A DNA stretch of 32,000 nt from Archaeoglobus fulgidus DSM 4304 (GTDB taxonomy: Archaea; Halobacteriota; Archaeoglobi; Archaeoglobales; Archaeoglobaceae). This document shows positions 17,831 through 26,539 of this stretch, piece by piece. Positions within the stretch are counted from its first letter, which is position 1, and each line of letters opens with the position of its first letter. Below the pieces are notes generated by a model. The model had not been told where the DNA came from and made no database searches. It saw nothing but the letters and a program-made list of their open reading frames with translations. The position numbers and the translations under genes were made by a program. The DNA lies in the NCBI RefSeq assembly GCF_000008665.1, contig NC_000917.1, forward strand, positions 1,380,001 through 1,412,000, in the 5' to 3' direction.

Positions 17831-18481
17831 GTGGACCTCGGAATATGCAAAAGGTGTGGAGAGTTCGAGGGTAGCTGTGAATGCGGCAAGGGAGAGGTTC
17901 TTTTGAAGTCGGAGGATAGAAAGAAGGTAAGCAAGTTTTTGAGCGGTTTGCTGAGGCACTTCGGCAGAGATTTTGGAGTGAGGCTGGACGAGGATGGTTG
18001 GGCTGAGTTGAGGGATGTGTTAAAAATCCTGAGTGAGCGTTACGGTGTTGGGAGGAAGCACGTTGAGCTGATAGTTAAGTTCGACCCTAAGGGAAGGTTT
18101 GAGCTGAAAAATGGTAGGATAAGGGCGAAATACGGGCACAGCGTTGAAGTCAGAACGGACTGGAGCGAGGGTGGAGAGATTCCCGAAAAGCTCTACCACG
18201 CTACATCCCCGGAAAACCTCAACTCAATCCTCAAAACCGGGCTTCTTCCGATGAGGAGGAGGGAGGTGCACATGTGCTCCTCCCCGCAAGAGGCCATTGA
18301 GGTGGGGAAAAGGCACTCATCCAATCCTGTTCTCCTTGAAATTGATGCAAAGGGCTTGATGCAAGATGGGATAGAGGTGAGGAGAAAGGGCAAAGTTTAC
18401 ACCGTCGACTTTGTACCTCCGAAGTTCATCAGGGTTCTCAGTTTTGACCCACGCTCCCCAAACCCGGCAAAAGGTTATTAG
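17831..18481 (+). CDS. kptA: RNA 2'-phosphotransferase (Tpt1/KptA) with N-terminal Cys-rich zinc-ribbon-like segment
   Basis: KKVSKFLSGLLRHFGRDFGVRLDEDGWAELRDVLKIL, KLYHATSPENLNSILKTGLLPMRRREVHM, VDFVPPKFI. The N-terminus has CKRCGEFEGSCECG; GTG start. Confidence 0.92.
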   Translation: MDLGICKRCGEFEGSCECGKGEVLLKSEDRKKVSKFLSGLLRHFGRDFGVRLDEDGWAELRDVLKILSERYGVGRKHVELIVKFDPKGRFELKNGRIRAKYGHSVEVRTDWSEGGEIPEKLYHATSPENLNSILKTGLLPMRRREVHMCSSPQEAIEVGKRHSSNPVLLEIDAKGLMQDGIEVRRKGKVYTVDFVPPKFIRVLSFDPRSPNPAKGY

Positions 18482-18502
18482 CCATGGGGAAGTAGGGGTT
18501 GC

Positions 18503-19405
18503 ATGTACGATGTCGCAATAATTGGAGGGGGCCCTGCTGGATTAACCGCTGCACTTTACTCAGCAAGATACGGCCTGAAGACTGTATTCTTTGAAACTGT
18601 CGATCCGGTATCACAGTTATCGCTCGCCGCAAAAATAGAGAACTACCCCGGCTTTGAGGGCAGCGGCATGGAGCTTCTTGAAAAAATGAAGGAGCAGGCG
18701 GTAAAGGCTGGGGCGGAGTGGAAGCTGGAGAAGGTTGAAAGGGTGGAGAGGAACGGAGAAACTTTCACGGTTATTGCGGAAGGAGGGGAGTACGAGGCTA
18801 AGGCGATTATAGTTGCAACTGGAGGAAAGCACAAGGAGGCCGGAATTGAGGGGGAGAGCGCCTTTATCGGCAGGGGCGTGAGCTACTGCGCCACCTGCGA
18901 CGGAAACTTCTTCAGGGGCAAGAAGGTGATTGTCTACGGCAGCGGGAAGGAGGCCATTGAAGACGCAATTTACCTGCACGACATAGGCTGCGAGGTTACG
19001 ATCGTCTCCAGAACGCCTTCATTCAGAGCGGAAAAGGCTCTCGTAGAAGAAGTGGAGAAAAGGGGGATTCCGGTCCACTACAGCACCACTATCAGGAAGA
19101 TAATCGGCTCCGGGAAGGTTGAGAAAGTCGTTGCATACAACAGGGAGAAAAAGGAGGAGTTCGAAATCGAGGCTGATGGCATCTTTGTCGCGATAGGCAT
19201 GCGACCCGCCACCGACGTCGTTGCTGAGCTTGGAGTGGAGAGGGACTCAATGGGTTACATTAAGGTCGACAAGGAGCAGAGAACCAACGTTGAGGGTGTT
19301 TTTGCTGCTGGTGATTGTTGCGACAACCCGCTTAAGCAGGTCGTTACAGCCTGCGGGGATGGGGCAGTTGCAGCCTACTCAGCATACAAGTACCTCACCT
19401 CCTAG
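18503..19405 (+). CDS. trxB: Thioredoxin reductase (NADPH/FAD-dependent)
   Basis: 300 aa; YDVAIIGGGPAGLTAALYSARYGLKTV, GVSYCATCDGNFFRGKKVIVYGSGKEA, GVFAAGDCCDNPLKQVVTACGDGAVAA. Confidence 0.95.
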   Translation: MYDVAIIGGGPAGLTAALYSARYGLKTVFFETVDPVSQLSLAAKIENYPGFEGSGMELLEKMKEQAVKAGAEWKLEKVERVERNGETFTVIAEGGEYEAKAIIVATGGKHKEAGIEGESAFIGRGVSYCATCDGNFFRGKKVIVYGSGKEAIEDAIYLHDIGCEVTIVSRTPSFRAEKALVEEVEKRGIPVHYSTTIRKIIGSGKVEKVVAYNREKKEEFEIEADGIFVAIGMRPATDVVAELGVERDSMGYIKVDKEQRTNVEGVFAAGDCCDNPLKQVVTACGDGAVAAYSAYKYLTS

Positions 19406-19934
19406 TCCCCACCCCTTTATTTCATGTGGAGCTTGAGAATAATATTGGTTGTTTAAGATTTGCCGGAGGTTTCTTGGTATTTTGGCTCTTTTTTGAGTTG
19501 AAGTGAACAGAATTTTTTGTGCCTTGATGCGAGCTGATGCAGCGAGGTTCCGAGAGGTTGTATTCCCCTGCGCGCTTCTCCAAAACCACCCACACCAATT
19601 CCCACATGTTCTCGCCCGATTGGAGTTTTTTGCTCCACCAGACCAAAGAAATTGTTTACTCCTGCCAAGAGTATTAGTGAAGCGGAGTTTAGCGGCAAAA
19701 GAGCCTAGTAAGGTGAATTTTCTTAGCGTGAATTTACGAAAAGAGCTTCATGAAGAGGCGAAATCCTCAAAAAAAACTAATCTAAAATAGCCTAGCCATT
19801 TACCCGAATTCAAAGGGCTTAGCAGCTTTTAAAAACAAGCCCTGCTCTCGAACCTTCAGAGGGGCTGCCCAATTCAAACAATTAGCAAACCAAACGCCCA
19901 GCCCCTTATTTCCACTGCAGAATAGCTTTTATTC

Positions 19935-20759
19935 ATGCAAAGCCTGATTGGCTTGATGAGACCCGAGACCGGAAAAAAGCTCGAAAATCTAAATCACTTT
20001 ATCCAACAGTTCGAAAAAGTTCTAATCGCCTTTAGCGGTGGTGTTGACAGCTCGACACTCGCTGCAGTCTGCTCTAACGCTGGAGTGGAGGTTCTCGCTG
20101 TAACCGTTCTCTCCAGCGTTTCACCGAGAAGAGAGATGGAGGAGGCAAAACGAATAGCGGAAGAGCTAGGAGTCAGACACGAGTTTCTGAAAATTGACTT
20201 AATGGACGAAGACTTCAGAAGAAACGACGAGAACAGGTGCTACTACTGCAAAAGAAGGGTTCTGAGCGCTCTCGTTGAAGAGGCGAAGAAGAGGGGTATT
20301 GAAGTCGTTCTGGAGGGAACGAATGCAAGCGATTTGTCTGACCACAGACCCGGCTACAGGGCGGTGAGAGAGCTTGACGGAGTTAACAGTCCATGGGTGG
20401 AGTTCGGAATAACAAAAGAAGAAATCAGAGAAATTGCCCGAAGCATGGGCTACTCCTTCCACGACAAGCCCTCCATGGCCTGCCTTGCTTCAAGAATCCC
20501 CTTCGGAATTGAAATAGATGAGGAAAAGCTGAAAATGGTCGATGAGGCTGAAGAGGCAGTTATTGAGCTTGCCGGAGTTAAGCAGGTGAGGGTTAGAAAC
20601 TACGATGGCGTTGCAGTTGTAGAAGTTGCTGGTGACGAGCTGAGGAAGTTGCTGAACTGCGCTGAAAAAGTCAGGGACAAGCTCAAGAAAATTGGATTCA
20701 GAGCTGTTCTGATCGACCTTGAGGGATACAGAAGTGGAAAAAGGCTTTTTAAGTTTTGA
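19935..20759 (+). CDS. larE: LarE-like ATP-dependent PP-loop sulfur transferase, three-cysteine type
   Basis: 274 aa; VLIAFSGGVDSSTLAAV PP-loop, NRCYYCKRRVL, LEGTNASDLSDHRPGYRAV, MACLASRIPFG. Confidence 0.88.
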   Translation: MQSLIGLMRPETGKKLENLNHFIQQFEKVLIAFSGGVDSSTLAAVCSNAGVEVLAVTVLSSVSPRREMEEAKRIAEELGVRHEFLKIDLMDEDFRRNDENRCYYCKRRVLSALVEEAKKRGIEVVLEGTNASDLSDHRPGYRAVRELDGVNSPWVEFGITKEEIREIARSMGYSFHDKPSMACLASRIPFGIEIDEEKLKMVDEAEEAVIELAGVKQVRVRNYDGVAVVEVAGDELRKLLNCAEKVRDKLKKIGFRAVLIDLEGYRSGKRLFKF

Positions 20760-21091
20760 GTTCTTGGCTGAATTGGCCACCCGTGTGCAGAAGGCCAACG
20801 GAGGTCTCAAGTTGACTTTTTTGAATGCAACTGTCGCGTTAATCGGAAATTTCGACCATTCCGCTGGCTTTTTAATTCTAAGGTTTAAGCTGCATCCACG
20901 CAAAAAAATAGCATGTGAGCCTGAATGAATATAAAGGGGAAGCATCAATTTTGCTCAAAAAATTTTAATAACCTATAGTTTTTCACAATTCAACTTGGCT
21001 TTTCTCCTTAACTAATGGATAGTTCTAAATTACCTCTGAGTAACAATCAAGGAAAAAGCTTATTAATGACTTTAACCACTTCTTTTATAAA

Positions 21092-21595
21092 ATGTCGGAA
21101 AGAGACATTCTGATAGAAAGGCTTGAAAGGAAGCTTGCCGAGAAGGAGAGAGAGTTGGTGGAGCTGAGAAGAATGAACAGGGAGGAGCTTGAGAAAATAA
21201 AGAGAGAGATTGCGATGGAGGCCAAAGAGGAGGTTTTGAGGGAGGTCCACAAGCTATTGCAGAACTCCCAGATTCAAAGGCTTTCTGAAGTCGATTCGAA
21301 AATCGTTGAGCTGAGAAAGGCCATGGAGAGCATAATCACCGAGCTTGCTTACATTAAGGGGGAGCTAAAAGGTCTTCAGGAAAAAGGCGAAAGCAAAGTA
21401 GAGAGAAAGGAGATTATCGAGGAAAAAATTCAGAAAGCCATGGTCTTTGAAAATGAACCCCTTTACTTGGAGGAGAAAGAAGAGAGAAAACCAGCCAAGG
21501 AGAGCAAAAGACGTGAGCACGACGTAATCATCCCCGAAGGCAAGAAAGAAGAGAGAACAGACGATGGGGAGGATGGGTTGATAGTTTGCGATTAG
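21092..21595 (+). CDS. Small charged coiled-coil protein directly upstream of smc
   Basis: 167 aa; MSERDILIERLERKLAEKERELVELRRMNREELEKIKREI... heptad-like. Stop codon 1 nt before the smc ATG. Confidence 0.8.
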   Translation: MSERDILIERLERKLAEKERELVELRRMNREELEKIKREIAMEAKEEVLREVHKLLQNSQIQRLSEVDSKIVELRKAMESIITELAYIKGELKGLQEKGESKVERKEIIEEKIQKAMVFENEPLYLEEKEERKPAKESKRREHDVIIPEGKKEERTDDGEDGLIVCD

Positions 21596-21596
21596 G

Positions 21597-24500
21597 ATGC
21601 ACATCGAGAAAATACGGCTGAAAAACTTTAAATCCTTCGGCAAAAAAGCTGAAATTCCTTTTTTCAAGGGATTTACCGTTATCACCGGGCCCAATGGTAG
21701 TGGTAAGTCAAACATCATCGACTCCATTCTTTTCTGCCTTGGCCTATCCACCTCAACAAAGCAGCTGAGAGCCGAGAGGCTAACAGACCTCGTCCACAAC
21801 GGAAGGAGCGAGGCGGAGGTTGCAATCCTCTTCTCCGAGAATGGAAAGAAGTACGAGATAGCGAGGAAGGTGAAAATTACGGAGAAGGGCTACTACAGCT
21901 ACTACTACCTCAACGGCAAGAGTGTTAGCCTCTCGGAAATTCACAGCTTTTTATCACAGTTCGGGATATACAGCGACGCTTACAACGTGGTGATGCAGGG
22001 AGACGTGACGAGAATAATCGAAATGTCCCCATTCCAGAGGAGAAAGATAATAGACGACGTTGCCGGTATCTCAGAATTCGACGAAAAGAAGGAGAAAGCG
22101 CTGGAAGAGCTTGAGAGAGTTAGGGAGAGCATAGAGAAGCTTGAAGCTGTTATTGCCGAAGTCAACGACAGACTTCAAACTCTGGAAAGGGACAGGAATG
22201 AGGCTATAAGATACAAGGAGATTCTGAGCAAAAAGGAAGAGTACGAAGGCTATTTGAGGGCTCACAACTACCTGACAGCCGTCAAAAGCAAAGAAAAAGT
22301 CGAAAGAGAGCTTGAAAGGCTTGAAAGGCAAAAGGATGAGCTGACAAGCAAGATACCGGAAATCAACGCGAGGATTGCTGAGCTCAATGAGAAAATCAAC
22401 GAGCTTGCCGCTAAAATCTCAGAGCTTGGAGACGAGAGGTCTGCCGAAATTCAATCGAGAATTCTCGAACTAAGCTCGGAGCTTGAATCTCTCAGGAGAG
22501 CGGAAAGATTCTACCTTGATGAGGCCAAAAGGCTTGAGGAGGAGTCTGTAAAGATAATTTCGGAAATATCCAAAATAAAGGAAGAAATGGAGAGCTTGGA
22601 TGGAGAGCTGGAGGAATACGCGATAAAAAGGATTCAGGTCGGAGAGATCGTTGATGAGCTTGCCGCTAAAATGGAGCTGCTGAGGCAAAGGCTGGAGGAG
22701 GTTGACAAAAAGCACAGAGAGCTGAGAGACAGGCTTGTAAGCAGAAAAGAGGAGCTCGAAATGTACAAGGAGAGGAGAGGTGAGATTTTAAGGGAAAGGG
22801 ACAAGCTCATCGAGCTGCTCAGAAGGATAGACATGGACGTTGAGGACATCAAAAACGAGATTGCATCTATTGAGTCCAAGCTAAAGGAGTTTGAGACCGA
22901 GAAGAAGGCCAAACAGGAGGAGGTCTGGAAGCAAGAAGAGGAGCTGATGAGCGCCAAAAAGATGCTCTCTTCAGCTGACAAAAAGCTTTTTGACATAAGG
23001 GCCAAGATTTCCGATGTCGAGGATGAGTTGAAAAAGGCCGAGCTTGAGCTTGCAAAGGTGAAGGCGACGCTCTCCACGCTGAGAACGTACTCAAAGCCGG
23101 TTGAAATTCTCCTCGATGCGAGAAACAGAAGAGAGCTCCCCGGAATCTTTGGGACGGTTGCACAGCTTGGCGAAGTGGATGAGGAGTACGTAGCTGCAAT
23201 TGAGGCCGCTGCTGGAAATGCTCTGCAGTTCGTCGTTGTTGAGACTGAAGATGATGCCGTTTCAGCTATAAACTTCCTAAAGGCGGTAAGAGGGGGGAGG
23301 GCTACCTTCATACCTCTCAGAAGGATAAAGAGCTTCAAGCTGAGCCTTGACAAGTCGATTCTGAAGGAGGACGGAGTTATAGACTTCGCCGTTAATCTCG
23401 TAAGGTGCGATAAGAAGTTCCAGCCTGTCTTCAGGTTTATTTTGAGGGACACGGTTGTTGTTGACAGGATTGAGACTGCAAAAAGGCTGATGGACAGGGG
23501 CTTCAGGTTCGTGACTCTGGACGGGGATATTGTTGAGAAGTCCGGTCTTATGACCGGTGGAAGCGCTGAAAAGAGGGGCATTCTCGTTTCAAGAGAGCTC
23601 TTGGAGAAGGAAAGAATGCTTTCCGATAAAATTTACGAGCTTCAGCGGGAGAAGGAGGGCCTTTTTGCGGAGCTTAACAGGGCTGAAAGCCTGAGGAAGC
23701 AGTACAAGGACGAGGTGGACAGGCTTACGGGAATGATCAGCGAGCTGAGAAACAGAATAAGTCTGCTCGACGAGAAAATAAGAACGGAGAGTGGAAGAAT
23801 TGAGGAGCTGAGGGAGAAGATTTCGCAGAAAAGCAGAGAGAAGGAGAATTACATAAGCTCCCTGAAGGATTACAACTCAAAGCTGGCGGAGATGGAGGAA
23901 GCGATTGGAGAACTTGAGGCGGAAATTGAGGAAATTGAGAGGATGCTCAGGGGCAGCGAGGTGCCGAAAATCGTGGAAGAGCTTGATAAAATTAAGGAGG
24001 AGCACCAGAGAAACAGGGAAATTCTCATTTCCATCGAAAAGAAGATTGAGAGCCTTGAATTCAAGAGAGAGCAGCTTGAAAGCAGCATGCAGGAAAAGCA
24101 GGTGTATCTGGATGAGATAAAGGACAGGATAGACGAAATTCGGAGGACGATTGAAGAGGGGAAGGCCAGAGTGGAGGAGATTAACTCCGAGCTCGAAGAG
24201 CTCAGGAAAGAGGAGAGGGAGCTTGGAAAGGAGCTTAAAGGCCTGAGAAAGGAGAGAGATGAGTTAATAAAGCAGTTGAGAAATGCTGAGGAAGAGAAGA
24301 GGAAAATCGAGGCTGAGATAGACAGGCTTGAGGAGAGGATAAAGCTCCAGAAGGAGAGGCTTGAGATTGCGGAATCTGAGATTGCAGAAATTGGCGAGGT
24401 CGAGGTTCCCGAAAACCTCCCACCGCTTGAAAAAGTTGAGAAGGTTCTTGATGAGGTGTTGGTAGAACTTTCAACATTTGGCGATGTTAACTTAAAGGCT

Positions 24501-25067
24501 ATTCAGGAGTACGAGGAGGTAAAGGCGAGGAGAGATGAGCTTGTTGAGAAAAAGATGGTTCTGGAGAAGGAGAGAGCTGATATTCTGGACAGAATTGAGA
24601 AATACGAGAGAATGAAGAGGGAAATATTTTTTGAGGTCTTCACCGCAATAAACAGGAACTTTGCAGAAATTATAAGGGAGTTGGCCAACGGGGAGGGAGA
24701 ACTTTACCTCGACAGCGATGATCCTTTCAACAGCGGGCTTTACATCAAAGTTAAGCCCAACAACAAGCCCGTGCAAAAACTTGAGTCCATGAGCGGTGGG
24801 GAGAAGAGCCTTGTTGCCCTTGCTTTAATCTTTGCCATCCAGATGTACAAGCCAGCCCCCTTCTATGCCTTCGACGAGGTTGACATGTTCCTTGACGGTG
24901 TGAACGTCGGAAGAGTGGCGAAGATGATAAAGAAGAGGTCGAAGGATGCTCAGTTCATTGTGGTCTCGCTCAGAAAGCCGATGCTTGAGCAGGCCGATGC
25001 GATTGTTGGAATAACACTGGGGAGGGATAACGTATCGCAGGTGACTGGAATCAAGCTGAAAACCTGA
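21597..25067 (+). CDS. smc: Chromosome segregation ATPase SMC
   Basis: 1156 aa; FKSFGKKAEIPFFKGFTVITGPNGSGKSNIIDSI Walker A, coiled coils, hinge, C-terminal LESMSGGEKSLVALALIFAIQMYKPAPFYAFDEVDMFLDG. Confidence 0.98.
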   Translation: MHIEKIRLKNFKSFGKKAEIPFFKGFTVITGPNGSGKSNIIDSILFCLGLSTSTKQLRAERLTDLVHNGRSEAEVAILFSENGKKYEIARKVKITEKGYYSYYYLNGKSVSLSEIHSFLSQFGIYSDAYNVVMQGDVTRIIEMSPFQRRKIIDDVAGISEFDEKKEKALEELERVRESIEKLEAVIAEVNDRLQTLERDRNEAIRYKEILSKKEEYEGYLRAHNYLTAVKSKEKVERELERLERQKDELTSKIPEINARIAELNEKINELAAKISELGDERSAEIQSRILELSSELESLRRAERFYLDEAKRLEEESVKIISEISKIKEEMESLDGELEEYAIKRIQVGEIVDELAAKMELLRQRLEEVDKKHRELRDRLVSRKEELEMYKERRGEILRERDKLIELLRRIDMDVEDIKNEIASIESKLKEFETEKKAKQEEVWKQEEELMSAKKMLSSADKKLFDIRAKISDVEDELKKAELELAKVKATLSTLRTYSKPVEILLDARNRRELPGIFGTVAQLGEVDEEYVAAIEAAAGNALQFVVVETEDDAVSAINFLKAVRGGRATFIPLRRIKSFKLSLDKSILKEDGVIDFAVNLVRCDKKFQPVFRFILRDTVVVDRIETAKRLMDRGFRFVTLDGDIVEKSGLMTGGSAEKRGILVSRELLEKERMLSDKIYELQREKEGLFAELNRAESLRKQYKDEVDRLTGMISELRNRISLLDEKIRTESGRIEELREKISQKSREKENYISSLKDYNSKLAEMEEAIGELEAEIEEIERMLRGSEVPKIVEELDKIKEEHQRNREILISIEKKIESLEFKREQLESSMQEKQVYLDEIKDRIDEIRRTIEEGKARVEEINSELEELRKEERELGKELKGLRKERDELIKQLRNAEEEKRKIEAEIDRLEERIKLQKERLEIAESEIAEIGEVEVPENLPPLEKVEKVLDEVLVELSTFGDVNLKAIQEYEEVKARRDELVEKKMVLEKERADILDRIEKYERMKREIFFEVFTAINRNFAEIIRELANGEGELYLDSDDPFNSGLYIKVKPNNKPVQKLESMSGGEKSLVALALIFAIQMYKPAPFYAFDEVDMFLDGVNVGRVAKMIKKRSKDAQFIVVSLRKPMLEQADAIVGITLGRDNVSQVTGIKLKT

Positions 25068-25099
25068 GCTTTGAGGACCCCATTGAGATTCTCATTGAG

Positions 25100-25774
25100 A
25101 TGGCCAAGAGGGGTGAGATAGACCCCTGGAACATCGACGTAGTTGACGTTACGGACAGATTTCTGAAAAGGATAGAGGATGCCAAAAAGCTTGATTTGAG
25201 AGTTTCAGGAAGAGTTTTGCTTTACGCTGCAATCCTCGTCAGGATGAAGGCCGAAGCAATAACACTTGAGGCTTTGGGTGGAGATGAGGAGGAAGAGCTT
25301 GAAATGTACGACTACGACTCTTTCTACTTTCTGGATGAGCCCCTTGAGTTTCCTGAGGAGGTTGACGAGGAGGAGCTTGACGAGGTTATCCTTGAAGCTC
25401 TCACCTCCATGAGGAGAAGGGTAAGGAAGATTACGACACTTAAAGACCTGATAGACGAGCTCAGGAGGGCAGAGGAGGTTGAGAGAAGGAGAAGGAGGAG
25501 AAGGAGGAGGGAGAGACAGGAGGAAGTTGGGATAGATGCAGCCTTAAGGGTTCCACACGAGGAAAGCCTTGAGGAGATGATTGCGAGAGTTGAGAGAGAG
25601 GTTTTTGAAGCTTTGAGGAAAAAGGATACGGTAACGCTTTTCTCTCTCGTTAAATCGTGGGATGTGCCAACCCTCGTGGACTATTACGTTTCCGTCTTGC
25701 ACCTGGCCTTCAGAAAGAAGGTGGAAATCAGGCAAGAGGAGTTTTATGGGGATGTCGAAATTCAGAAGTTTTGA
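25100..25774 (+). CDS. scpA: Segregation and condensation protein A (kleisin ScpA)
   Basis: AKRGEIDPWNIDVVDVTDRFLKRIEDAKKLDLRVSGRVLLYAAILVRMKAEAI is the ScpA N-domain. The reading frame is open upstream to 25031, so the real start may be 5' of 25100. Confidence 0.88.
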   Translation: MAKRGEIDPWNIDVVDVTDRFLKRIEDAKKLDLRVSGRVLLYAAILVRMKAEAITLEALGGDEEEELEMYDYDSFYFLDEPLEFPEEVDEEELDEVILEALTSMRRRVRKITTLKDLIDELRRAEEVERRRRRRRRRERQEEVGIDAALRVPHEESLEEMIARVEREVFEALRKKDTVTLFSLVKSWDVPTLVDYYVSVLHLAFRKKVEIRQEEFYGDVEIQKF

Positions 25775-25996
25775 TGGCTATGGTGTTGATTGTTGTGCTT
25801 CAAAATTGTTTTAATAACTCGCAGAATTAAAGGCATGCTTTAAAAAGGCAATTTGTGTTTTCCCGACTGCGCTCTGGCTGATATTTTAAAATCAGGGATT
25901 CGTAGAGGAAACTTCCTTTTGTGATTTCGTATTAACATTTAATATCATTTAATAAGTTTTAGTAAGTTTTAAGTAAGTAATTGGCTACGGTGTCTT

Positions 25997-26401
25997 ATGA
26001 TGTCCGTCGGGATGCTTAGCTTCGAGAACGTCTTTTTTATTGCCTTTTCAGCTTACCTAGTCGTTATCCTTTTGATGACTGCCGTAAGCGTTTACTACCT
26101 GCTAAAAACTTTGAGGGGTGGCGATTTTGCTCTGCCCGATTCCGAACTCTTTAAAAAGGCAGGTAAGGTGGTGGGAAAGAGCTTCAAAGACAGGGGGCTA
26201 ACTCTTCACGACCTCCTGTGGGCCCTTGAACTCAGGGGCGCCGTTAAAATGGATTCCCAGAGTTCGAAATACTACTCAACTAGGCCTTTGAAGGTCAACC
26301 CCGAACATCTGGAGAGCTACATTTCGGCCTTCCTTATAGCAATGAACATCAGAAGCGACGTTACTGTGAAAAACGAATCTTTAATAATTTCTATTAACTA
26401 A
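25997..26401 (+). CDS. Hypothetical protein with N-terminal transmembrane segment and possible winged-helix-like soluble domain
   Basis: 134 aa; ENVFFIAFSAYLVVILLMTAVSVYYLL transmembrane segment, then KDRGLTLHDLLWALELRGAVKMDSQSSKYYSTRPLKVNPEHLE. Confidence 0.6.
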   Translation: MMSVGMLSFENVFFIAFSAYLVVILLMTAVSVYYLLKTLRGGDFALPDSELFKKAGKVVGKSFKDRGLTLHDLLWALELRGAVKMDSQSSKYYSTRPLKVNPEHLESYISAFLIAMNIRSDVTVKNESLIISIN

Positions 26402-26539
26402 TCATACCTTAGCCGCTTCGATTATGTTCATATAATATCGTTACATATTTTTTAGTAAAAGTTATATAGATTTCAATAGATAGGTGTAAACCAGCGTGGA
26501 AGCTGTGATGTGCGCGATAAATAGTGGAGGTTTGGTAAT

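Noticed and set aside
19503-19790. 95-aa plus-strand ORF and overlapping 74/81-aa minus ORFs
   Set aside because: No family resemblance, poor start context; treated as non-coding pending evidence.
19840-19880. Reverse-strand GGTTCGAGAGC resembling a tRNA T-arm
   Set aside because: Flanking stems do not pair and no acceptor, D or anticodon arm was found.
20490-20948. 152-aa minus-strand ORF
   Set aside because: Mostly antisense to larE, no upstream signals or recognisable domain.
21083-21092. TTTTATAAAA palindrome at the start codon of the coiled-coil gene
   Set aside because: Simple AT-rich palindrome; too short and low in information to call an operator.
22634-23581. 315-aa minus-strand ORF, serine/leucine rich
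   Set aside because: Lies entirely antisense within smc; composition (long Ser/Leu runs) is the mirror of Glu/Lys-rich coiled-coil codons.
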